Shown: positions 9,099 through 19,960, numbered from the stretch's first letter. The stretch is DNA of 49,682 nucleotides from an uncultured Pseudomonadales bacterium (GCA_964473915.1 CAYYRK010000001.1:1-49682); one strand, 5' to 3'. Program-made: numbers and translations. The notes: generated by a model not told the origin, from the letters alone.

Positions 9099-10268
9099 AT
9101 GAATAGTCCCCTGACAGAACCCGCACAAATAGCACAAAAAGTAACCCTGGTGGGGATGGCCCTCGACACTATCCTGGGCATCGCAAAAATCATTGTCGGC
9201 CTACTCTTTTACTCCTACTCCCTTGTGGCTGATGGCATACACTCCTTATCAGACATGGTCACTGATATTTTTGTATTGATCATCACCCGCATCTCACACC
9301 ACGGCCCTGATGATGCGCACCCCTATGGACATGCGCGCTTTGAAACACTGGGGACGGTAATACTGGGCGGCATCCTGATTACAGTGGCTCTCGCCCTGGC
9401 CTATAGCAACGCCATCATTCTGTATGAGGCCGAGCCAACCCCTGTTCCGGGCTGGCCTACTCTGGTTGTAGCCACTATTTCTGTTTTCAGCAAAGAGTGG
9501 ATTTTCCGTTACACCAAGCGTGCTGGAGAACAGTTAAGGTCCAACCTGCTTATCGCTAACGCCTGGCACAGTAGAACCGATGCTTTCTCCTCAATTCTGG
9601 TTCTGGTGGGCGTTGCCGGAGCTATGCTGGGCGTTCCCTGGTTAGATAGTGCCGCAGCTATTGCAGTAGCCATTATTGTCGCAAAAATTGGCTGGCAACT
9701 GGCCCATGAAAGCCTGGAGGAGCTTGTGGATACTGGGCTGACTCCTGAGAAAACCGAAGAGATTAAAGGCTTTATTTTACAGCATGAAGGCGTGCGTGGA
9801 GTGCATGATCTGCGAACCCGGCGTATGGGCCAGGACGTATTCCTGGACCTGCATATTCTGGTAAACCCTGAGATTAGTGTCTCTGAAGGGCACCAGATCG
9901 GTGAATGGGTTCATAAAAAGTTGCTCAACAGATACGATTATATCCGTGACCTCACCTACCATATTGATGCCGAAGACGATAATCTAATCGAAAACAGGGG
10001 GCGTCTACTACCGCTAAGAGAGGCGGTACTCGATGAGTTGAAAACACTGTGGGGGTCCAACCCAATACCGGGTCAAATTCAACAGACCAAGCTGCACTAT
10101 CTGAACAACAAAATTGACGTTGAAATCTTTATAGGGTGCCAGCAACCGGACGAGATACACAAGCTTCCCGCAGCTCTTCGGCTACTGAAAGCCAACACCG
10201 CACATCTAGACTGGCTAGGAAAGATCAGCCTCTGGGTAAAGCCCTGTGATGATCAAGAGTTAGAGTAG
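9099..10268 (+). CDS. Cation diffusion facilitator (CDF) family metal efflux transporter with a C-terminal extension
   Basis: 389 aa. It has six TM helices with the CDF motifs (HSLSDMVTD in TM2, NAWHSRTDAF in TM5) and a cytoplasmic domain. About 100 extra C-terminal residues go beyond the usual ~300 aa. Confidence 0.85.
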   Translation: MNSPLTEPAQIAQKVTLVGMALDTILGIAKIIVGLLFYSYSLVADGIHSLSDMVTDIFVLIITRISHHGPDDAHPYGHARFETLGTVILGGILITVALALAYSNAIILYEAEPTPVPGWPTLVVATISVFSKEWIFRYTKRAGEQLRSNLLIANAWHSRTDAFSSILVLVGVAGAMLGVPWLDSAAAIAVAIIVAKIGWQLAHESLEELVDTGLTPEKTEEIKGFILQHEGVRGVHDLRTRRMGQDVFLDLHILVNPEISVSEGHQIGEWVHKKLLNRYDYIRDLTYHIDAEDDNLIENRGRLLPLREAVLDELKTLWGSNPIPGQIQQTKLHYLNNKIDVEIFIGCQQPDEIHKLPAALRLLKANTAHLDWLGKISLWVKPCDDQELE

Positions 10269-10375
10269 GCACTGCGCAACCCGCTGGCCTGCACCAGGGT
10301 AACTAAGGCCCCATCCGCCACAACAAGCCAGGGGTAGACCACAAAGAGACACCCCTGGAGAGACAGCCCCCCTGT

Positions 10376-11545
10376 TTATCCGCCGACCAGACTGATCATC
10401 ACACCAGCAGCGACCGCCGAACCGATCACACCCGCCACATTGGGGCCCATAGCATGCATTAGAAGATAATTATTGGGATTGGCTTCAAGGCCTACCTTGT
10501 TAGCAACACGTGCAGCCATAGGCACAGCGGAAACACCTGCAGCCCCGATCAACGGGTTGATCGGATTTTTTGATAAGCGATTCATCAGCTTGGCCATCAG
10601 CACCCCAGTGGCTGTACCGATACAAAAGGCGATGATACCCAACAACAAAATACCCAGCGTTTTGACATCCAGAAATTTATCGGCGCTGAGCTTTGAACCC
10701 ACGCCAAGACCTAGAAAAATCGTTACAATATTAATGAGTGCATTTTGTGTGGTATCACTGAGACGATCTACCACCCTGCTTTCACGCATCAGATTTCCCA
10801 GGCAAAACATGCCCAGCAATGGCGCTGCGGAGGGTAGAAACAAGGCCACCAAAAGCAACAGTAACAACGGAAACAAGATTTTCTCAAGTACTGTAATATG
10901 CCTGAGCTGCTTCATCTCGATCTGCCGCTCTTCTTTGCTGGTCAGCGCACGCATAATGGGTGGCTGGATCAGGGGAACCAGTGCCATATAGGAATAGGCC
11001 GCGACAGCAATCGCTCCCAGAAGATCGGGCGCCAGCTTACTAGCAACAAAGATTGCCGTCGGCCCGTCAGCCCCGCCAATAATACCTATGGCAGCAGCTT
11101 CTGCGATACTAAAATCTATCACCCCTGTCATGGACAGCCCCACCGCACCAATCACCGTCGCAAAGATACCAAACTGGGCTGCAGCGCCTAAAAACAGTGT
11201 TTTTGGATTGGCCAGCAGAGGGCCAAAATCTGTCATCGCCCCCACCCCCATAAATATAATCAGAGGGAATACACCCGTGGAGATACCAATCTCATAGATG
11301 TAATAAAGTATACCCCCTGGCGATGTCAGGTGGCCTAGCGCATCGTAAACTGGAGCATCACTGAAACCCGCCCCTGGGATATTCACCAGTAGCGCCCCAA
11401 AACCGATAGGCACCAGCAACAGCGGCTCAAACCCTTTTTTAATGGCCAGAAAAAGCAGCAACAACCCCACTGCCATCATTAAGATCTGGCCCGGCGATAT
11501 CTGATAAAAGCCAGAGTCCTGCCACAAACCCAGTAATGCGTTCAT
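10376..11545 (-). CDS. oadB: Oxaloacetate decarboxylase (Na+-translocating) beta subunit
   Basis: 389-aa polytopic membrane protein typical of the Na+-transporting decarboxylase beta family. It is the third gene after oadG and oadA. Confidence 0.9.
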   Translation of the reverse strand: MNALLGLWQDSGFYQISPGQILMMAVGLLLLFLAIKKGFEPLLLVPIGFGALLVNIPGAGFSDAPVYDALGHLTSPGGILYYIYEIGISTGVFPLIIFMGVGAMTDFGPLLANPKTLFLGAAAQFGIFATVIGAVGLSMTGVIDFSIAEAAAIGIIGGADGPTAIFVASKLAPDLLGAIAVAAYSYMALVPLIQPPIMRALTSKEERQIEMKQLRHITVLEKILFPLLLLLLVALFLPSAAPLLGMFCLGNLMRESRVVDRLSDTTQNALINIVTIFLGLGVGSKLSADKFLDVKTLGILLLGIIAFCIGTATGVLMAKLMNRLSKNPINPLIGAAGVSAVPMAARVANKVGLEANPNNYLLMHAMGPNVAGVIGSAVAAGVMISLVGG

Positions 11546-11558
11546 TAAATCGGCCTTA

Positions 11559-13349
11559 TCAGTTTAAGGTCAAAAGGGTTTCCCCAACAATAACGGTATC
11601 ACCCACCTTGGTCATAACAGCCGTTACCACACCGCTATCTATAGCACGCACCTCGGTTTCCATTTTCATGGCTTCCAGTATGATGATGACGTCACCTTGT
11701 TCCACCTGGTCACCCACATCCACATTGACCTTAAAAATATTCCCTGCCAATGGCGCTTGCACCAATTTTTCATCGCCAGTCGACGGTGCCTCTAGCCGCT
11801 CGCTCGGCTGAGTCGGCTGGATTGACCCAACTTCACCCCCTTCACTGACTTCGACCACATACTGCTGGCCATTAACCTTAACTGTATAAACTTCCTGTTC
11901 GGATCCCGCCGGCTTGGCCGCCACAGGTGCCGATATTGCCAGTTCCTCCTCCGCACCCGGCACGGGTTCAAATGCGTCCGGGTTTCCTCTGTTCTCCAGA
12001 AATTTGAGTCCAATCTGCGGGAACAGTGCGTAGGTCAAAATATCATCCACTTCGGCCTCGGCCAGGGTAAAACCCTTCTCCTTTGCCAGTACGCTAAGTT
12101 CTGCTGTAAGTTTTTCCATCTCAGGCTGTAGAAGATCCGCAGGACGGCAGGTAATGGGCTGTTCACCCTTGAGCACCTTGGCCTGCAGGTCTGCATCCAC
12201 AGGCGCAGCTGTTTTACCGTACTCGCCTTTCAATACCCCGGCTGTTTCTTTGGTAATACTTTTGTATCGTTCACCCGTCAGCACGTTCAGCACCGCTTGG
12301 GTACCCACGATTTGCGATGTCGGGGTCACTAAAGGTATATACCCCAGGTCTTGACGAACCCTTGGAATCTCCTCAAGCACCTCATCAATCCGGTCACCTG
12401 CACCCTGCTCTTTAAGCTGACTTTCCATATTGGTTAACATACCACCGGGAACCTGGGCGATCAGGATGCGTGAATCGATACCCTTGAGCGAACCCTCAAA
12501 CTTCTTGTATTTTTTCCTGACCTCTCTGAAATAGGCTGCTATCTCCTCAAGCAATCCCAAATTCAACCCAGTATCACGCTCACTGCCCTCAAAGATAGCA
12601 ACCACTGATTCGGTGGGTGAATGACCATAGGTCATACTCATGGATGAAATTGAGGTGTCTACATTATCGATACCTGCCTCCACACATTTAACAATCGTGG
12701 CGGTGGATAGGCCTGTTGTTGCGTGACACTGCATATGCACAGGAATAGTCAGTGCCGCCTTTAACCGGGTGACCAGCTCAAAGCCCACGTAGGGGCGTAG
12801 CAATCCTGCCATATCCTTGATACAGATAGAGTCGGCACCCATGGACTCGACATCCTTCGCCATCTGTACCCACATATCAATAGTATGCACCGGGCTCACT
12901 GTATAGGAGATGGTTCCCTGAGCGTGTTTCCCCTGTTTAATCACAGCACTGATCGCCGTTTCCAGGTTGCGCATGTCGTTCATGGCGTCAAATACACGAA
13001 ATATGTCGATGCCATTAACCGCCGCTCGCTCCACGAATTTTTCTACTACATCATCGGCATAGTGCCGGTAACCCAGAATATTTTGGCCACGAAACAGCAT
13101 CTGCTGCGGCGTGTTTGGCATGGCCGCCTTCATTTCACGAAGGCGATCCCAGGGATCTTCTCCAAGGTAACGGATACATGAATCAAAAGTGGCTCCACCC
13201 CAACTTTCAAGCGACCAGAAACCAACCTGATCCAGTTTTTCTGCAATGGGCAGCATATCATCAAGCCGCATTCGCGTAGCCAAAAGCGATTGGTGCGCGT
13301 CCCGTAATACAACATCGGTAATGCCGAGAGGCTTCTTCACTTCACTCAT
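11559..13349 (-). CDS. oadA: Oxaloacetate decarboxylase alpha subunit (carboxyltransferase plus biotinyl domain)
   Basis: 596 aa. It has an N-terminal carboxyltransferase TIM-barrel motif (VLRDAHQSL) and a C-terminal biotin attachment motif (EAMKMETE). Confidence 0.95.
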   Translation of the reverse strand: MSEVKKPLGITDVVLRDAHQSLLATRMRLDDMLPIAEKLDQVGFWSLESWGGATFDSCIRYLGEDPWDRLREMKAAMPNTPQQMLFRGQNILGYRHYADDVVEKFVERAAVNGIDIFRVFDAMNDMRNLETAISAVIKQGKHAQGTISYTVSPVHTIDMWVQMAKDVESMGADSICIKDMAGLLRPYVGFELVTRLKAALTIPVHMQCHATTGLSTATIVKCVEAGIDNVDTSISSMSMTYGHSPTESVVAIFEGSERDTGLNLGLLEEIAAYFREVRKKYKKFEGSLKGIDSRILIAQVPGGMLTNMESQLKEQGAGDRIDEVLEEIPRVRQDLGYIPLVTPTSQIVGTQAVLNVLTGERYKSITKETAGVLKGEYGKTAAPVDADLQAKVLKGEQPITCRPADLLQPEMEKLTAELSVLAKEKGFTLAEAEVDDILTYALFPQIGLKFLENRGNPDAFEPVPGAEEELAISAPVAAKPAGSEQEVYTVKVNGQQYVVEVSEGGEVGSIQPTQPSERLEAPSTGDEKLVQAPLAGNIFKVNVDVGDQVEQGDVIIILEAMKMETEVRAIDSGVVTAVMTKVGDTVIVGETLLTLN

Positions 13350-13381
13350 GATTTTTGGGACCCTACCTGGTTTGTAGTAAA

Positions 13382-13636
13382 TTAAGGGCGTTTTTTATGG
13401 CGTGTGCGATAGTGGTGTATCGCCGCCGATATAACGCTCGTGAGTTGTTGATCAGTTTGCTGAGGTCGCTTTCTGGGCGGCATTATTTCAGACTGTAGCT
13501 CTTCAGGCCCAGCATACCGCATAACAAGCCAGGACATCAGGCTGGTCGCACCCACCAACATCGTCAAAAACAGGAACACAACCCCCATGCCATATGCCAG
13601 CAAAGTCAAACCCTGATGCAACAAAGTTCCAGTCAT
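13382..13636 (-). CDS. oadG: Oxaloacetate decarboxylase gamma subunit
   Basis: 84 aa with a single N-terminal TM helix ([17 protein letters not shown]) and a basic tail. Its position immediately upstream of oadA supports the call. Confidence 0.8.
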   Translation of the reverse strand: MTGTLLHQGLTLLAYGMGVVFLFLTMLVGATSLMSWLVMRYAGPEELQSEIMPPRKRPQQTDQQLTSVISAAIHHYRTRHKKRP

Positions 13637-13791
13637 TTAGTATCCACACCTTTTTGTAATTGCACTCATCAAGGCTCCCCCTACGGAGCAGCGCATAAGC
13701 TACCTATTCTTGAGCAATTTGGCAAATTTTTTGCCCAATTAGCTCACCATAACTCAGTTAGTTCACTATAAGATGAACACACCTCCAGCAA

Positions 13792-15606
13792 TCAGGCTTT
13801 TCTCAAGCATTCAATCTCTCTTCTGAACTGATGATAGTCATGGGACCCGACCGGCTCATAATTTAGATTTTTAAACAGGTTGGTCAGTTTAGAAAAATAA
13901 TCTCGCACCCCCTCTTTGTCTGGAAACTTTTTTACCTCAGTGACACAATCTGTAATCAACACAAACATATCCTGCTGCCTGGAAAGAGAGGTCGAGGCAT
14001 CGACCTGATCAAAAGCATCCTGTTGCAGATAAACCATATCGAGAAACACTGACCGCTGATAGGTCAGGAAATCCTCCAGGGATACACCCTCTTCTCCTGT
14101 CACCTGCATCATTTGCAACACCTGATCTCCTTCCGCCAGAAGATTGCTCATTCGTTCAACATTAGCCACCCAGTCCGTACCCAGGTTTTTTCGATACCAG
14201 CCCCCCAGTTGTTCAAGATATCGCGACCAGGAAAGCAACGGGTCAACCGCCGGATAATAACGCTTGTAAGCACGGTCCGCACTCAACCCCAAAAAAGCTT
14301 TAACAGTACGCAGTGTTGACTGGGTCACCGGCTCTTCAAAATTCCCTCCTGCTGGTGAGACTGTACCAATTATAGTCAAGCTACCTGTGCTACCGTCATT
14401 AGAGCGAATAACACCTGCACGCTCATAAACAGAGCGTACCGCTGAATCCAGATAGGCCGGAAAGGCTTCCTCGCCCGGGATCTCCTCCAAGCGCCCAGAA
14501 GTTTCCCTCATTGCCTGGGCCCAGCGGGAGGTAGAATCAGCAAGCAGCAATACCTGGTAACCCATCTGCCGATAATACTCCCCCAGAGTAATGCCTGTGT
14601 ATATAGAGGCCTCGCGTGCGGCTACTGGCATCGAAGAGGTGTTGCAGATAATAATGGTTCGATCCATAAGAGTTCCGCCTTTTGGATCTGACAACTGCGG
14701 AAATTCGGTAATGGTTTCAACCACCTCTCCAGCCCTTTCACCACAAGCAACCACAATAACGATATCGACATCTGAGTGTCTGGAAATCAGGTGTTGCAAC
14801 ACTGTTTTGCCCGCACCAAAAGGTCCTGGGATACAGGCTGTCCCGCCACGTGCCACAGGAAAAAAGGTATCGATTAAGCGCAGGGTGGTCACCAATGGCT
14901 CATGCGGATAAAGACGCTCACTGTATTTTTTCTTGAGTATATTTTCCGTCACCGGACGACGTACAGGCCAACGCTGCGTCATGCTTAACTCATGCTCAGC
15001 ACCATGACTGTCCTCAAGCCCCACTACAGCGGCGGTTACCGGAAAACTACCCTCCTGCACCCAGCAAACCCGATAAAAACCATCCCAGTTAAAGGGCAGC
15101 ATTATCTTATGCACGAAGCGCCCCTCCTGGACTGTGCCCAATATATCCCCCGCCTTGACTTTATCCCCCGCCCTTACTTTTGGACTGAAGTGCCAAATTT
15201 TATTCACATCCACCGCGTCAATATCTAACCCTTTGGGCAGAAAAAAACCATGGCCGGAGGCGATCACTTCTAAAGGATTCTGCAATCCGTCATAAACCTG
15301 CCCCAGCAAACCTGGACCGAGTGTTACCGATAAAAGCTCCCCGCTTTGCTCCACTGGGTCACCGATAGCGATACCCCGCGTATCTTCAAAAACCTGTACA
15401 TCGGCAACATTCCCACGAATACGCAGCACCTCGGACTTCAAGCGTTCCCGATGTGCTACTTGGTTCTCACTACGGGTAGGGCAGATATAAACCACCTCAT
15501 TCTTGACCAACGCTGGCATTTTACCATCAGAATCCGGAACAGTTTCAATGGTCACTATATCATCCCGAACTGCAACCACTCTTGCACTTCCCATCTGTCC
15601 AGACAT
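13792..15606 (-). CDS. V-type ATPase catalytic subunit A
   Basis: Walker A GPFGAGKT and a V-type A subunit-like sequence throughout. The ORF is open to 15627. I prefer the ATG at 15606 (MSGQMGSARV...), which is preceded by AAGAGGG. The start is uncertain. Confidence 0.93.
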   Translation of the reverse strand: MSGQMGSARVVAVRDDIVTIETVPDSDGKMPALVKNEVVYICPTRSENQVAHRERLKSEVLRIRGNVADVQVFEDTRGIAIGDPVEQSGELLSVTLGPGLLGQVYDGLQNPLEVIASGHGFFLPKGLDIDAVDVNKIWHFSPKVRAGDKVKAGDILGTVQEGRFVHKIMLPFNWDGFYRVCWVQEGSFPVTAAVVGLEDSHGAEHELSMTQRWPVRRPVTENILKKKYSERLYPHEPLVTTLRLIDTFFPVARGGTACIPGPFGAGKTVLQHLISRHSDVDIVIVVACGERAGEVVETITEFPQLSDPKGGTLMDRTIIICNTSSMPVAAREASIYTGITLGEYYRQMGYQVLLLADSTSRWAQAMRETSGRLEEIPGEEAFPAYLDSAVRSVYERAGVIRSNDGSTGSLTIIGTVSPAGGNFEEPVTQSTLRTVKAFLGLSADRAYKRYYPAVDPLLSWSRYLEQLGGWYRKNLGTDWVANVERMSNLLAEGDQVLQMMQVTGEEGVSLEDFLTYQRSVFLDMVYLQQDAFDQVDASTSLSRQQDMFVLITDCVTEVKKFPDKEGVRDYFSKLTNLFKNLNYEPVGSHDYHQFRREIECLRKA

Positions 15607-15666
15607 CAAATTTCCAACCCTCTTCATCCATACTTGTTCAGGAAAATTTATAGCTGTAGACCATAA

Positions 15667-16356
15667 TCAAAGAGCCGGCTCTATGTTTACACTACTTGTC
15701 AACATTGTTTCCACCATCTGATCAAACCGTCTCATCGCTCTTTTTCTTTCGTAACTGGCCCAGCGTGCGGCCATATGCCAACGCAGCACATAGAATATAA
15801 CCGCTTCAAAATCAAAATAATGACCCTCTGAACAGCGAGCTATTTTTTTCCAGACCTGATCAAGGATCAGGCGTTCTACAGCAAGACTTTGACGGCTCTT
15901 CAGCAAAGCTGACACCTCGGCAAGAAATGGGTATTGGTATTCAAGACCAAAAACGGGCAATTCCCAGTTTTCAAGCAGTAATCGGTGCAAATCTTTATAG
16001 CCCCATAGAAAGTTGATTGTCGGCAACTGTATATTTTGTTGCCTCAACCTCAATGCTCCAATCACCATTCTCAAGCGCAGTTGCCAACGAATAAATTCCA
16101 GCAATGATTGATCAGCCAGTTTTATCTCAATCTCCTGCATACGCAGACTCACCACTTCATCAATCTGCGTTTCGTGGCTCTGCTCCTCCCACCACATCAA
16201 CCGCATTATCCAATGTAAACGCCTGGCATCATCCTCTTCAAGCATATGTAATCGTTGATAAAGTTTAAGCCTGCTAATCGGCACATGGCGCAGCTGAAAA
16301 GGCTGAGATAGGCCGGGCAGACTGGCCATCAGTGTATAGTACTTATTGCTACCCAC
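15667..16356 (-). CDS. DUF2764-family protein (subunit C/d-equivalent of Bacteroidetes/Chlamydia-type V-ATPases)
   Basis: 229 aa. The N-terminus NKYYTLMASLPGL is the characteristic DUF2764 start. It is located between the E-like and A subunit genes, as in DUF2764-type V-ATPase operons. Confidence 0.7.
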   Translation of the reverse strand: MGSNKYYTLMASLPGLSQPFQLRHVPISRLKLYQRLHMLEEDDARRLHWIMRLMWWEEQSHETQIDEVVSLRMQEIEIKLADQSLLEFIRWQLRLRMVIGALRLRQQNIQLPTINFLWGYKDLHRLLLENWELPVFGLEYQYPFLAEVSALLKSRQSLAVERLILDQVWKKIARCSEGHYFDFEAVIFYVLRWHMAARWASYERKRAMRRFDQMVETMLTSSVNIEPAL

Positions 16357-16397
16357 CAGGCCTCTCCTGTCGTCCGAGATCTGATGTAGTCACAAGC

Positions 16398-17120
16398 TCA
16401 AATCGCCCCTTCAAGCATGTCACGTATTCTTGGCTGCACATAGGCCAGCAACAACTCAGTGATCGCATCATCTGTCAGGTCGATTTCAATATTTTCCTCA
16501 ACCAGCCGCACCTGCAGACCAGCTCCGCTAAGTCCTATCTTTATTTCAACTCCCTCCTGCAGCACACCCGTTGCAAAGGAGCGCACGAAGTCATCAAACC
16601 CGCTCTGAGAGTCACCTGCCGCAGTGCCCTGTACCAGCAGTTCCACCCCACCCCGAGTGTTTAGATTCATATCCTGCGTTTCATCGCGTGCTACTGCCAG
16701 GATTAACTGCCCCAGAAACTCAGTATCCTTGAGCTGCTGTGTAACCACACGGTTCAACTGCCTGGCAAAACCCTGCAACAAACTATCCTTAATTTGAATC
16801 TGTATATCACGGCTTGCTATTTTCAGCGCAGCACCACCAGATTTTCGTAACTGAGCGGCCTCATGCTGAGCCCTGGTTAATAATGCCTGAGCCTCCGCTT
16901 CGGCCTGCTTGATAATCCAGTCTGCCCGACGTTGAGCATCAGAGGTGATAGCCTGCGCATCGGACCGGCCCTTTTCCACGCCCTGACCATGTAATTTATC
17001 GATCAGTTTTTGCACCCCGGACGCAATGTGTGGTGCATCACCAGTATCGGTATTGTGCTTATTCATGTCCTTACCATCTATTAGCGAACTATCAAAAGAT
17101 TCAGGGCGCAATGCCTCCAC
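16398..17120 (-). CDS. V-type ATPase subunit E-like (peripheral stalk)
   Basis: It has a long charged coiled coil (AQRRADWIIKQAEAEAQALLTRAQHEAAQLRK) followed by a globular C-terminal domain. An alternative start (MNKHNTD...) lies at 17066. Confidence 0.72.
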   Translation of the reverse strand: MEALRPESFDSSLIDGKDMNKHNTDTGDAPHIASGVQKLIDKLHGQGVEKGRSDAQAITSDAQRRADWIIKQAEAEAQALLTRAQHEAAQLRKSGGAALKIASRDIQIQIKDSLLQGFARQLNRVVTQQLKDTEFLGQLILAVARDETQDMNLNTRGGVELLVQGTAAGDSQSGFDDFVRSFATGVLQEGVEIKIGLSGAGLQVRLVEENIEIDLTDDAITELLLAYVQPRIRDMLEGAI

Positions 17121-17550
17121 TGATTACCAGCGCAAATATAAAAGCAAATACGGCAAAACCCTCCACAATGGCCGCTGGCGCTACGGAAAGGCCAAAGACT
17201 TCCGGTTTGCTTTTTGAAACATTGATGGCGCTGGCACAGCACCCACCCTGTCGAACAGCACTCACTAGCAGCGCCAGCCCCGCCAGCGTTCCAATGGCAA
17301 AAAGTGCGCCTGAATTTTCTGGTGTGACCGGTCGATTCAATGAGAACATAACCACGATCCCATAAATTGTCTGTGAAGAGGGCATGGCCGATATTCCAAT
17401 ATAACGCCCATGACCAGTTTCTGCATCAAGTAGTGCCCCACAGGCCGCCTGCCCGGCAATGGCACAACCAATCATACTGCCTATCGCTCCAAGTGCCATG
17501 GGGGCATAAAGTCCTATCCAGCCAAGTGTCAATATCAGGGGGTTTTCCAA
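17101..17550 (-). CDS. V-type ATPase proteolipid subunit K (4-TM, duplicated c subunit)
   Basis: 149 aa with four hydrophobic helices. It has a conserved carboxylate in AAIVEGFAVFAF and PSSQTIYG / RQGG motifs that match the Enterococcus hirae NtpK Na+-site positions. Confidence 0.88.
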   Translation of the reverse strand: MENPLILTLGWIGLYAPMALGAIGSMIGCAIAGQAACGALLDAETGHGRYIGISAMPSSQTIYGIVVMFSLNRPVTPENSGALFAIGTLAGLALLVSAVRQGGCCASAINVSKSKPEVFGLSVAPAAIVEGFAVFAFIFALVISGGIAP

Positions 17551-19343
17551 GGGGTCACCTCTTGTTTTACAAAGGGTTGAAAAGCATAGCCTTCATCAGA
17601 AAGGCTCCAGTTATAAAATTCGATCAGATTAAGGCGCAGCCCGTGAATAACACCGCTGACTACCGCCAGCACAAAGTTAAGCAGATGCCCAAGAATAAGA
17701 ATTAAAACCTGCAACAATACCCCTATACCCGGCACAGACTCTGCCACCTGGGACGCAAGCTGATTAAAGGTAATAGCCAGGGATGCACCGGCCAGTCCCA
17801 ACGCAAAAAGCCTGAGGTAGCTGAGCACATCACCAAATGCCTTTGACAAACTGGACAGGGCCAGCAACCCCTCGAGCAAACGCCAAAGCCAGTCTGACGG
17901 TTTTGACCAGCCCCGATCACTGCTAAAAAGCAGTATTAATAGACAGCCTGCTGTCATTAAAGCTGGAAAAAACAGGGGCGAGCCAAAGCCATCTTCATCG
18001 ATAGTTAACCAGTACCCAAGCCCGCCACACAATATCGCTATCCAGCCCGCTGGCGGCCCCATACTGGGTAGCCCCCGATGCCGCCAGAGAACCACCACAT
18101 TGGCTAACACCACATGCCCCACCCCAATCACGATGCAGAGGCGGATCATAGCATCAAAATCATTCACATTATAAAGCTGCAAAGCTTCAAGCCATGTAAA
18201 AGGGGGTGATTCACCAAAGTAGCTACCAGCAAAAACTCCGCATAATAGTGTCATTCCAGCTAGCGTTGCGGCCATCATCTGCAATCGTTTACCCTTAGTG
18301 GTTTCTCCCATTTTCTTCCAGAAAAACAGAATCATAATACCAAAGAGTAACCCGTAACCCGCATCCGACAAAATGATACCGAAAAACAGGGCAAAGGAGA
18401 AAAATACAACCCTGGATGGATCCCAGCTCCTGTATCCAGGCACCTGATAAAAGTTGACCACCTCCTGCCCACCCGCCAATGCCTCAGGATTTTTTAACAG
18501 GGTGGGTGGCTTGTCCGCCTCATCGGGTTCTTCGATTAATAGCGCACAACTCTTTTCTCTGGACATAGCGTACAAGCTGTCGTGTTGATCTGTCGGCACC
18601 CAGCCTTGCAGGGCAAATATATCATCGGCATCCAACGTTTGCTTCGCGACATGATTCCTGGAAGCTTGATCAAATATCTCTTTCAGATGCCACTGAAGCA
18701 GAAGGATCCAACGGGTCAGTGATTCTCTTTCGAGAGCCAAACTGTCCAGCTCAAGATCTATCTCTTCCAGCTCCTCCTCAAGCTGTACCATGGAGGTTCC
18801 TATTAACTGGATACTCGCTGCAGGCACCTCTTTTACGGGTTCGCGTTCAGCGATGACAACCAGGTAAGTATCAGTATGGTCACGTGCCACTACCTGCCAG
18901 ATCAACTCGGAGCCAACAACCTCTTTTAACCGATAGTGTGGTAACTTATAAAACCAGAGCCGGTGCCCCCCAAGCTCCTGTTCAGAAGGCATTTCAAACT
19001 GCCCAAAAGGCCTCAATTTCTCCTGCTCTGCCAGCAGATGATCTTTCTGATTCAGCAATGCTCGCTCTTTGCCCCTGACCCAGTTGATCTCCTGTACGAT
19101 CGATTTCGCGTCAAGCGACTTCCGATTTTTGATCTGACGATGTTTGCGAGGACAGTTCAGTAGATATTTTAATGCATGATTAAACTCATCGGGCTTATCT
19201 GATACTTCGCTACCCAGCTCATCCCGGGGGGTAGCCAGCGGGATAATATGCAGGCAACCCAGCTTTTGAAGCTGCTCAAGTAGTTCAGTTTTTTCATCTG
19301 CCAAACCGACAAGTGTAACCTTACTGAGCGATACAATACTCAA
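17535..19343 (-). CDS. V-type ATPase subunit I (a-subunit, stator/ion channel)
   Basis: 602 aa. The soluble N-terminal half (MSIVSLSKVTLVGL...LQKLGCLHI) and polytopic C-terminal half, which contains the LRL..L arginine region (SYLRLFALG), fit subunit I. Confidence 0.9.
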   Translation of the reverse strand: MSIVSLSKVTLVGLADEKTELLEQLQKLGCLHIIPLATPRDELGSEVSDKPDEFNHALKYLLNCPRKHRQIKNRKSLDAKSIVQEINWVRGKERALLNQKDHLLAEQEKLRPFGQFEMPSEQELGGHRLWFYKLPHYRLKEVVGSELIWQVVARDHTDTYLVVIAEREPVKEVPAASIQLIGTSMVQLEEELEEIDLELDSLALERESLTRWILLLQWHLKEIFDQASRNHVAKQTLDADDIFALQGWVPTDQHDSLYAMSREKSCALLIEEPDEADKPPTLLKNPEALAGGQEVVNFYQVPGYRSWDPSRVVFFSFALFFGIILSDAGYGLLFGIMILFFWKKMGETTKGKRLQMMAATLAGMTLLCGVFAGSYFGESPPFTWLEALQLYNVNDFDAMIRLCIVIGVGHVVLANVVVLWRHRGLPSMGPPAGWIAILCGGLGYWLTIDEDGFGSPLFFPALMTAGCLLILLFSSDRGWSKPSDWLWRLLEGLLALSSLSKAFGDVLSYLRLFALGLAGASLAITFNQLASQVAESVPGIGVLLQVLILILGHLLNFVLAVVSGVIHGLRLNLIEFYNWSLSDEGYAFQPFVKQEVTPWKTP

Positions 19344-19942
19344 TGACCTGCACCCTCCTGTTTACGCTTGGTGATTTTTGCTCTAACCACCCCGGCTCGC
19401 TCAGCATCAGACAGAAAAATGGAGATCTTGCGGATGTTGCTGCGAGTTCGGGGGATCAATACCTTTTCAAACAGGTTCAAACGCTGAGTTGTCTTGCGCA
19501 GCGCTTTTTCCAGGAGAGCAACTCTTTTTATCTCTATTTTTTCCCTGAGAGTAAGCACCACCTGCTCACGCAAAAAAAGCACCAGGTTATCAACCCAGTG
19601 TGGGCGCATCAACATTGAGTAATCAGTTGTTTCAAATCGCGCCTCGGAAAATCGTGGCAGCCGGACGCCGACCACATTTTCCTCATCCCATATAACATGC
19701 TCAAGCACAAGCAGGTTATCCAACTTCATCTGCCGATCAGCAAGCATGGGCAACTGCTGTTCAATAGTTTGACGTAACACTTGCATCTCCTCCCGCGTGT
19801 CGCTCAGCTGTCGACGGCACTTTACCAGCTCAGCCATAAGCTGACGTCTTTTCAAATCAAGCGCAGGAAGAAATCGACTATAAATTTTCAGCTTGGATCT
19901 TTCACCATTCAATGCGCTCTTGTTAAGGGGTATATGGGCCAT
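19340..19942 (-). CDS. V-type ATPase subunit D (central stalk)
   Basis: 200-aa basic coiled-coil protein (PLNKSALNGERSKLKIYSRFLPALDLKRRQL) typical of V-type D subunits. It has a 4-nt overlap with the subunit I gene. Confidence 0.88.
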   Translation of the reverse strand: MAHIPLNKSALNGERSKLKIYSRFLPALDLKRRQLMAELVKCRRQLSDTREEMQVLRQTIEQQLPMLADRQMKLDNLLVLEHVIWDEENVVGVRLPRFSEARFETTDYSMLMRPHWVDNLVLFLREQVVLTLREKIEIKRVALLEKALRKTTQRLNLFEKVLIPRTRSNIRKISIFLSDAERAGVVRAKITKRKQEGAGH

Positions 19943-19960
19943 TGAATACAGGTCTCTATT

